Source: Octopus vulgaris (lineage: Eukaryota). Taken from it: a DNA stretch of 64,000 bases. Location of the stretch: assembly GCA_951406725.2 (NCBI GenBank), contig OX597818.1:12834001-12898000 (forward strand), in the 5' to 3' direction. A model generated the notes under the pieces. It was not told the origin of the DNA, searched no databases, and saw nothing but the letters and a program-made list of their open reading frames with translations. How positions within the stretch are numbered: position 1 is the stretch's first letter; every line of letters starts with the position of its first letter. This document shows positions 54,192 to 64,000 of the stretch, piece after piece. The translations under genes and the position numbers were made by a program.

Positions 54192-55141
54192 TTACTCGTA
54201 TCAAAATGGGAGTTGTAGTTCTATCACGTAATAAACGGTATATGATTGGAATTAGATTTAATGCTAGAATCACTAAAATGCTAGCTAATAAAGCAGCATC
54301 CAAACAATATGCGTTCGGAGAATTGCTCCCGAAGACCACAGTCTCTCGATAATTTCTGCATGAATACTTGTCTCTTGGTGAAACTCTCAAATTAAACTAA
54401 AATTGAGAAACATTACAATATTTGAAGTTCTAATAAGTGTAAATAGGCTTTTCTTTTAAAATTTCATGTTTACGGAGAAGAAAAAATATTCAATTATACG
54501 ATATTTTCTATTACCATAATTATTCCAGCAATATTGCATAGAATTACCTCGTTCACTAACAATATAATTAATAATTATAACAATAAATAATCAATTCTTC
54601 TCAGGGGGTGGTTATCCGGGGAGCAGCTGTCCAGACATAAACTAAAAATAATGATACTGTGACAGGAAAAGATGAAGTTAAAATAAAATATTGCAAGATA
54701 AAATGAATTTCGTGTTGTAGTTAAAATTTTCGATATAAGAAAAGGAATACAATGGTTTTCTGATCTTAAAATCATGGAAATAAAAATAAAAAAAAAGGTG
54801 ATGTGGACTATATTTATCCTAATACCATATATTGGATGCTCTTGTCACAGAAAACAATGAAGAGTTATGTGTATACAAAGATAACTATATCTTAAACAAC
54901 ATAAGTTTCATTGGAATCAAGTACGGAATCAGAGATTTTGGAGCACGGGATTAACTCAGCGTAATTCGTTCGAAATTACAAAGTGTTACCTCATGTCCGG
55001 TGATACAAATTGGCCCAATATGTATGCGTATATGTATGTATGCATCTCTCTTTCTCATTCTTATTTATATATATAAGAATTTTTTGTGTAATAACATAAA
55101 AACCTAGGCTGTATGGATATTAGAGCATTTATAGATAGAAG

Positions 55142-55183
55142 GTCTTACAGCTGTTTCTAGGATATTATTAATACATCGGAGAC
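55142..55183 (-). ncRNA. Degenerate minimal type I hammerhead ribozyme-like motif
   Basis: Minus strand GTCT-CCGATG-[partial stem II]-GAAA-CAGCTG-TA-AGAC; stem I GTCT/AGAC; palindromic stem III ACAGCTGT. Confidence 0.55.
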
Positions 55184-55261
55184 GGTGTAAGAGGAAAAAT
55201 TAAGTCATAGTTAGATTAGATGTGATACAAAATACAGAGTGAGGTGGAGGAAAGAGTATAT

Positions 55262-56455
55262 ATCTTTATATACATAAAACTGAGAATGGGTGTGTGTCTG
55301 TCTGTCTGTCTGTCTGTGTGTTTCCCTAAAACATGAGAACTACACAACCAATTTCATTCAAATTTTACACATGCCTTACTTAGGGTACGGGGAGTGTCAT
55401 CGGTAAAAATTTTAAAAAACTTTTTGCCTAGAGCGAGCTCACAACAATATCATATCTTCGCCACTACGATACTCTAAAACTTGAGGACTACACAACCAAT
55501 TTCATTCAAATTTTACACATGCCTTACTTAGGATCCAGGTAGTTTCATGGGCAAAACAAAATGTTCAATTTCTTGCCTAGAGCGAGCCCATAGCAATATC
55601 ATATCTTCTCCACTATTTCAGTATTATGTGTTAAAATTTAAACAAAAACATTTCTCTATTTTATGTCAGATACTTTCACTTTAACAGTAAGAATAATAAT
55701 AAAAATTGAATTATATGTAGTAAGTAATAATTAAAATCAAACTAAAGTATAATATAATCGTAACATAACAAAAGTAAAAATAGCAATTGGTATACAATTG
55801 CATCAATTACTTGAACTTGAATAAGTGGTTTCACGTGAATGGGAATAAATTAAAAATAAAATTAGCGTGCAGAAATGGAATAGACCAGATGGATAATAAA
55901 AAATTAAATTAAAGAAAAGACTATTGTCTATAAAATATACAATGTGGAGAAAAAAGAAGATTTGAACACATGGAGGAAAGCACCTTTGAAAAGTGTCTTG
56001 GTGCGACCATGAAAGATATCTAATCATGGGGGTAAATTCGCCACAATAGAAGCAAGGTTCGAGTCAACGGAGCGTGCAAGGGAGTGCTCGACTCGAACTT
56101 GCAAAGTGGAAATATTTTATTTTTACCTTTATATTTGGGACGTAGGACGTCCCGGAAAAAAAATTTTTAAATCCCTCCCAGAAGTAGAGGTAAGCTGGAT
56201 TGTAGCCACACTTCTATACAAGAAGGAGGACAAGATACAATTGATCGAAATTACAAGAGACGGGCTAACAATTCCAGTCTGTTATATATTTTGAGTATTG
56301 TTATCACTAGCGATATCAAGATATAACTTTGTATTTTGTATTTTATGTGTAGATGTATCTATATAGATGTACATGTAATATGTACACGTATATATATACA
56401 CATATATACATGCACTAGCACTATGACCCGGCAACGACGGCTCTATAATGCTAGT
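55262..56455 (+). mobile_element. Non-autonomous Helitron family 2 with a 148 bp internal duplication
   Basis: atctttatatacataaaac start; (GTCT)n; units start at 55326 and 55474; 3' cccggcaacgacgg..CTAG at 56451-56454 followed by T. Confidence 0.75.
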
Positions 56456-56477
56456 ATATATATATATATATATGTAT

Positions 56478-56717
56478 ATTCTTTTACTTGTTTCAGTCAT
56501 TTGGCTGCGGCCATGCTGGAGCACCGCCTTTAGTCGAACAAATCGGCCTCAGGACTTATTCTTTGTAAGCTTAGTACTTATTCCATCGGTCTGTTATGCC
56601 AAAGCGCTTAGTTACGGTGGCGTAAACACACCGACATCGGTTGTCAAGCGATGTTGGGGGGACAAACACAGACACCCAAACACAGCCATCTCCTCACACA
56701 AACACACACACACACAA

Positions 56718-56771
<54 letters not shown>

Positions 56772-56923
56772 GACGGGCTTCTTTTAGTTTCTGTGCACCA
56801 AATCCACTCACAGCGATATGCTTGGCCCGAGGCTATGGTAGAAGACAGTTGCTCAAGTCACTACGCAGTGGGACTGAAACCAGAATCATGTGGTTAGTAA
56901 GCAAGCTACTTGTCACTCTTGCG

Positions 56924-56925
<2 letters not shown>
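56478..56925 (-). mobile_element. SINE family A, full length, well preserved
   Basis: tRNA-like head (rc ggcgcaagagtg..gtttcagtcccactgcg), central (CA)n(TA)n, 3' tail rc gaaacaagtaaaagaat. Confidence 0.92.
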
Positions 56926-56957
<32 letters not shown>

Positions 56958-56991
56958 AAGCAAAGAAGTAACAAGGATGTGAAGGTATTTA

Positions 56992-57079
56992 TGCATTACG
57001 GCCGTTTCAGGCGGCTCTATTTAATCAAACAATGCATGTATTACATCAATTTGAAAAAATGCCACCATCTTCGGATTCA
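56992..57079 (-). ncRNA. Minimal type I hammerhead ribozyme-like motif with extended stem II
   Basis: Minus strand TGAAT-CCGAAGA-T-GGTGGC...GCCGCC-T-GAAA-CGGCCG-TA-ATGCA; palindromic stem III ACGGCCGT; GUA cleavage triplet. Confidence 0.65.
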
Positions 57080-57296
57080 AAAATATAGGTTTTTAACAAA
57101 CAAGATAGTCCATTATAATTTTTAGTAAATATTTCATCAGAACTAGAGAATGAAAGAATACTATGCTGCTACTTTTGTAGCAGAATTATCTTTGAGAGAA
57201 ATAAATACACAAACTACAATTTTGGTGTGGCAGATGATGATCACAGTGAGGGTCAAGAGATAATAAATGTTTTTTTATCTACTCCTTATCACCATC

Positions 57297-57349
57297 AAAT
57301 GATCTAATGCAGCTAGTAGACGCAGTATACTAGCTGCATTAAATCATTT
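57297..57349. repeat. 22 bp stem hairpin with one mismatch and a 9 nt loop
   Basis: aaatgat-c-taatgcagctagta gacgcagta tactagctgcatta-a-atcattt. Confidence 0.9.
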
Positions 57350-57356
57350 AAAACCA

Positions 57357-57406
57357 CTTGGATTTGATAGTTAAGTTCTAGCTTGGATTTGATAGTTAAG
57401 ATCTAG
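57357..57406. repeat. 25 bp tandem duplication
   Basis: cttggatttgatagttaag(t/a)tctag twice. Confidence 0.9.
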
Positions 57407-57620
57407 CTGCTAATCATAAACTAAATATTGTCAGACATCCCCTCAAACTTTAATAAAGGAACACATCTCAGAAGAAGTCATCATGATAGTGGCAAATGCC
57501 CAGAAAGTTATCAGTTAAAGGGACTTACAATCGAAACAGAGGACGCTTAAATGAAATCTAAATGGGCATTAAGAGTACAGAGGGAAAAAAGATACGATCA
57601 AAGTATAGCAACATCTATAT

Positions 57621-58020
57621 ATTCGTTTCAACTCTAGGCACAAGGCCTAAGATTTTTGTGAAGGGAGCCAGTCTATTAGATTGACCAACTCGTACGCAAC
57701 AAGCTCGCACTTAATTTATCGACCCCGAAAGGTAAATTCGACCTTGGCGTAATTTGACTTCAGAACGTAAAGACAAACGAAATACCTATTTTTTTTTACT
57801 ACTCACACGGGACTAAACACAGAGAGGACAAACGAGGACAGGCAAACGGATTAAGTCGATTATATCGACCCCAGTGCGTAACTGGTATTTATTTAATCGT
57901 CCACGAAAGAATGAAAGGCAAAGTCGACCTCGGCGGAATTTGAACTCAGAACGTAGCGGCAGACGAAACACCACCTAGCTTTTCGCCCGGCGTGCTAACG
58001 TTTCTACAAGCTCACCGCCT
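57621..58020 (-). mobile_element. SINE family B, dimeric core
   Basis: Collinear with 24006-24411. Confidence 0.9.
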
Positions 58021-58089
58021 TCGCAAAGTCCATATATTATTATATTATGATGATATATAGGATGAAGTATTATAAAGCTTTTATTTTAC

Positions 58090-58660
58090 ATAAAAAGGAT
58101 CTTTTATTTTATTGCGCAAATTGGTCTTGAGCCGCTGCTCTTTTCCCCTTTTGATATTGTAAACAACTCCCTCATCTACTATTATTATCAATGTCCTCAT
58201 ACATACTAGCATAATCCACATACTATAGCTCCTTATGTGCCCCTGTATCTCACTCTCTACAACTCTTACACTTTGCACATCATTCTAAAATATTCTGTTC
58301 TATTCTCCTTCCCTGGCCATTTCTATATCTTCCACATTACCGCTCTGGATACTGGTATTTCCCAGCGGCTGGACCCTAACTCTTGTTCATCACTCAATTA
58401 ACCTACTCCAGCCTCATCTCCTCCCATCATCCACGATCCGTGTACTCTCTTTTGTCCACCTTGTTCCTTGAGAACTTGGGGTAGCAACCTCCTCACTGCC
58501 TTCCATCTTTCTCCTTTAGGCATATATATTCACTATAGCGAGACACTTGATCTTGTCGGTCTATCATTCTTTAGCCTTCCAGCACTTGGCACACAGACAC
58601 CTACCTCCATCGACCCCACCCAATACTTCTTCGTAGTCGGAGGGTCTTTCTCCTTTTAAC
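58090..58660 (-). mobile_element. Decayed RTE-like LINE 3' region
   Basis: Pyrimidine-rich plus strand; the minus strand reads like the RLxWxGHVxRM region (ORF 58081..58278). Confidence 0.4.
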
Positions 58661-58691
58661 TTTTTCTATTCTTTTCGGTTTTGTAACTTAT

Positions 58692-58872
58692 ATGGCAACC
58701 TCACCAGTGACTGTGGCACGAAAAAACAGCCCCAGTACACTTAGGAATGTTATCAAACTGAAGATACCATTTTAGCTGTAAGAGCATGGATATCAGACGT
58801 TAAATGATGATGATTATGATGGTGCTGCTGCTGCTGATGATGATGATGATGATAAAGGTTATGATGATGATG
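58692..58872 (+). mobile_element. Short retroposon remnant ending in a (GAT)n tail
   Basis: ggcaacctcaccagtg..cccagtacac..gcatgga..gacgttaaatgatgatg. Confidence 0.45.
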
Positions 58873-61800
58873 CATTAAAATATTCATGTTTACTGCAAAC
58901 CTTAAATGATGCATAAGCAGAAACTACTGCTAAGAGAGTATAGGTATGACCAATTGAAATTGCTATAACATTTAAGATAGAGAACAAATTATATAATTCT
59001 AAGTATAAGTGCATAATGATCAATAATTTCAGGGAAATGTCCGTTTGCGTATGACATCTGTGAGGATATGAAAGGCAGAAAACGAAAATGAAATAAACAC
59101 GAAAATCCTACTGAGAAATGACTCCTGTATTGACACTGTAAGATTATTATTGGCCGGTACATTTGTTTGCAAATGTTTTTGCTGTAGTTGATGTCATTGT
59201 TAATCTCTACTTCCGACCATACTGAATAACACAATGGAAAGTTATTTCAGTAATGGCCAGTCCATCATTGACTTGGATAAATTTCATGTTGACTCAAATC
59301 AATATATTCTACTTTTTGGAGAATACAATTTAAGAATATAATTTGACGGAGATTTGACTAATATTTGAAATAAGTTGAGCAATCATATGGTGGTTCCCTC
59401 GTTGTTGCCAACAAGGATTACTATGGAATATATTGATATCAGGCGTAGCTTATAGATTGCCAAATCTGCCACAGTATCGAAATAACTGTGAATATACATT
59501 CATTTAACGTTGCTCCATTCTAGTCAGCTGAAAATGCGTACCAGTATCAGTAGAAAGGTTTCACCATCACATTCAGATGGAATAGGTATTGTACTGACTT
59601 ACTCGTTTATACTGTGTAGAAACCAAATTACTCTTCGGCCTAATACCTGCATGTGTATGACAGCTCTGATTATCTAATTTTACAACCCTCTCTCTCTCTC
59701 TCTCTTTCCCTTTTTCTCTCTGTCTATCCATCACTGTTTGTGTATATGGGAGAATTCACCGTGTAGCTGATTGACATGGTATATTTTGTGCATATTCGAT
59801 CCATTATTCAATTAATTATCCATTCTAGGTTTGCTGATATGTATATTATTCAAAGCATTTTGGTTTTAATCAAATTCGTTTCTATAATAGGTATCTATTC
59901 TCTGTGATGAGAGAAATACGTAACACATTTATGCTAAAATCTTGAAATCAGTAATTATTTGCGTGATCTCCATATTCTCGTGAAATAGGGCAACGTATGT
60001 GTTCAAGACACATTACCCAATTGATCCAAGAGTTTAAGAAATGTTTGATTACTTTTAAATGTCAACATAGAAGTTTAAATCTTTTAAAACTGTTCCGTTC
60101 AGTATCGTGCTTCTTTAAAAGATTCATTTAGGATGTTGGATGAAAAGCGGTTGCCTTTTCCTCATTCAAATCTCCTTAATATTTTGGTGGTAAGCAGTAG
60201 CTTGCGTGAAATTTGAACTTACAAGGTAAAATTCTGGAACAATTTTTCTTGTACATATCTGTGAAATAATTTAGCGATCCTCTTAATCTACCGTATTGTG
60301 TGGTGGTCTACAAATGTGCTAGTATGCATTTGTTATATATCTCTACTATTAATGATTAAAAATATATGCACGATCATTGTCTGCATCTCAGCATATATTC
60401 AGTATCTCCGTTTCCACTCTTTATTTTCAGATGATATTTCTTTATTATTTATGCATCTACTGTAAATTTAATATTTCAGCTGCTATTTTATTTTTATCGT
60501 TACAATGATCATTGTTGTTGTATTGATGCTGTTGTGTTAACTCTCACGGGTGTGTGAACTACTACTATTGCTCACATTGTTGTTTTTGCTGTTATTCATC
60601 TTAAATATCACTTGATAGTTTCACTGTTAATATTTATATTATTTATTCTGTTTGTACATTTATTCTAAAACCAAAAGATGCCTGTTATTAATTTCCTCCA
60701 ATTTTCATTGAGTGAAAAGTGTCAATATTGCCTAGCAATAATGAAATAAATATCTAGAAAGCCAGTGCTTATAGAACAAGATCATGTCTATCTTAGTGAG
60801 GAACTTTTCTAAACCAAATTCCGATTTAACACCTGGTGAAATTGGATGGAAGGCTAAAAAATAAAAATTTGGGAATGAATGCCATAACAAATATTAATGG
60901 ACTAACAGTAATTATACATGAATTCAATATAATTGGTGCAAATACTCGATGTTCTACACCAATGCTAACAAATTTCTTAAATCTGAAACTTAACGGCACG
61001 TTATGTGGATGTTTGTTACACAACACTAAACAAAATTAAGATGAAAACTTGATCTGAACATGATATAATACTAATACATTACATACAGCAATATGACAAC
61101 ACCAAGGAAAAATATACGTATGGTATATCGAAATGTACATTAAAACACTGCATGCACAAATATGAAAATAGTATTATTTGTAGTCAAGTTCATATAATTT
61201 TTACATGTTGAGAAATCACAATTTCGAGACATGATATATAGACATAAAATATATACATTGTTTCCTAGAATATTTAGTCATAAATAAAATATGTTCCTTT
61301 TCATCAATATCTGCGCTAACAGTGCTATATGTTTTCCCCTTGTATGTAATTTTAAGTTTGTGCTAACAAATTTCATTATGAAAATAATACTATTTGGTTT
61401 AATTGATTTACAAAGAAATTTAAGAACTGTTATTACATTGTACGAAAAATTATTACATTGTACTAAGCAGGTTATCAAAGATATTTTGGTGCTTCACCTA
61501 ATCACTTTTTAAATTAAACGGGTGCAATTTACACATTGCCGTCAGTAAATATTTATTTTGCAGTTAATAACACGATATGTTAAGAATTTTGCTGTAGTTG
61601 AGAAGAACGTTATTGAGTAAAAAGCGGTAAATGAGAGATGTCATCAAATACACAGTACCACCAGAAACAAGCAGAAGAAATATAGTTCCAAAGTAGAAGA
61701 CCGAGAAAAGAATGATCAGAATATTGCAACATCGTTCTTAGAGTACTCTTGAGAATTAGTGCAGAAAATAATACCATAGTAAGCAAATTATTTGTATCCA

Positions 61801-63950
61801 GAATCCAGACGTCCGTCATGTGTTGTGCATTCCAGTTCATTATAGAACACTGAGAAATACGTATAATTTCAATTTCCACTCGAGACGAGTTATATGAGAG
61901 AATATTTGATAAAGTTTGAAACTGCGAAGGACAGAGTTTGTTACTGCATCAAATGCCTAACACTATACTTTCTGTGATTACATAAAGACTGGAAACAAAG
62001 TAAATCATCATTAACGTTCAAAATATAACCTTAAATAGCAAGAAATAGCAACCGAATTTCCTTAGATTGACACATATGTTTCAAACAATGAAACAGCAAC
62101 TGGGACAATGCCGTAATATGAGATATCATGGGTAGAGGCAGTATATGTTGGATCATGCATCTTCTATGTCAAAATATAGCTGCTTCTAAAAAACTATAAG
62201 GCAATTCTCAGGATACTAGCTCGTCCACTCACCTCACTTTAGACAACTATAAAAATGCATTCACATAAATATTATGCCGTCATGAGTGAAGCCATTAGTC
62301 GAATACAAAACACGAATATTAAATTTATTTAGTAGCTGAGCTAACTACTGCTGCATCTCCTTTCTTGAAGCGGTACAGCAGTTATCATAACAAATCGAGT
62401 TTACATTCCCCACCTGGTCGTGTGGAACCACGTAAACATACAGAGAAAATTGTGAGGCTACTACAATACCTACTAACCTTATTTTCCTTAGACTGCTCTC
62501 TTGAGTCTTAAATGAGGAAATATAATATGAAATAATGCCGACCTATACAACATTGATTATTTAGGGCTAGACAACAAAAGAACGACAGATGTATTTACAA
62601 ACATTGGAGATGGTGTTAAAGACCCATATTTCGACACTGAAACGCATACAAACTACCTTGTTTGAAAGAGCATGTATTGTAACTCTTATCTTTACAGAGA
62701 ATATTAGAAAATATGGATCATTGGGCCATATCACCTAATGTTTATTCATCTTTCCGACTAACTACGTATCATTGTTTTCTCCAGCAAAGAGAAGCTGGCT
62801 ACAAAACAACGAGCACGTTCTTCCCAGTTAAATTATCACTTCTACAGAGGAATGAAAGTGATTATTGTGCCTTAAGGGCACAATTCCATGAGTGAGGTAT
62901 TTTACCTTTCCGCACACATAGAAATTATGGGCACACTATGATGCACATATATATGCGGTGCATGTGTAGATATGCATAGCATGCAATGATATTTTATATA
63001 AGCATTTTGAATTAAAAATACAATCATGATATTATAATATAAGTGAACCACAATTTCATATGACTGAAATTATGAAACATTTATAAAATTAATGCTTTTC
63101 AATCAGTTAATCCTACCAGAAGTGCAGTTATCTAATAAATTAGACCATCAATGTGCACCTTTCATTTCGTTTCGTTGGATAAAATATATTTTCATTACAA
63201 TTCTTTAAAGAATATTATTCCAAAGAAATTCTTAAAACATTATTATATTATCATTTATTATTTAATATTAAAAATTAAACTAAGAGTATTTTTACTTATA
63301 GTCAATGAGAGACTAAATACAGAAGCAAGGAAGCAACTACAATAAATAAAGTACGAAGTCTTACTATTTTAAAACCGATTTCGTTATTTCCTCAGTTATA
63401 TGAAATGTATATTTAAATTTCATACAAAGCTTTCAGACTCTGTAATTCACCTATCTTCTTTAAAATTTTTGGTTTTGCTTTTTTTACTCAATTGGTTTTT
63501 GGTGTCATTTCTACAGAAAATAATGTTAAGTGTATTTGTTAGCTTGCTGGAGACTCATTCGAAAACTATGCACGAATCAACAATCGAATATAAATGGTCC
63601 ACCAGTAAATTTTTATTAGCGACAGAAGCTGTATTGTTGCCGAGAGGTAATATTTATCCTCACGTAAACGTGCAGGTTCTATTAAAACAAAATATGCTGC
63701 ATTAGATACCATCACAAAATCTCTGATATTGACTTTTTGGTACAAAATGCACTCTTGTTTTAAATATCACTAGCGGGGAGATAAATCCCTGCCACTTCCA
63801 GTGCCGAGACCTGCAGTTCGCGTGATTTCAACTTTCGTTGGTCTTCTCATATTAGTTTTCTCTCATGTTAGAATCAAGCGTGCATTGTGCACCGAAAAGC
63901 CAATATGAGTGTTTCTATAATGATATCTGTCACCGTATAGTTTGTTCTGT

Positions 63951-64000
63951 GGAGGCGCGTGGCTTTGTGTTTAGGGTGTCAGCATCATGATCGTAAGATT
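63951..64000 (+). mobile_element. tRNA-derived SINE head (third family), cut off by the window end
   Basis: ggaggcgcgtggctttgtgtttagggtgtcagcatcatgatcgtaagatt has an A-box-like TGGCnnnGTG. Confidence 0.55.

Overview
AT-rich eukaryotic DNA packed with microsatellites and transposable elements. The SINE families and repeat landscape suggest an octopod cephalopod, most likely an intron or intergenic region (inferred from recalled repeat sequences, not from a search). No intact host protein-coding gene, rRNA, true tRNA or CRISPR array is supportable, and most short ORFs in the track are microsatellite artefacts. Elements recognised: a young 5'-truncated R4/Dong-like RT+RLE retrotransposon inside a (TAA)n tract; a TSD-flanked GC-rich RTE LINE whose 5' UTR carries a compact structured-RNA motif; Penelope-like RT and GIY-YIG remnants; three mariner elements and one Tc1 element; several non-autonomous Helitrons with internal tandem repeats; and many tRNA-derived SINEs, one family with a duplicated core. 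The most interesting leads are two minimal hammerhead-ribozyme-like motifs that share an atypical CCGA core, the RTE 5' UTR RNA structure, three long near-perfect hairpins, and a possible decayed GT92-like glycosyltransferase. Boundaries of old elements are approximate.
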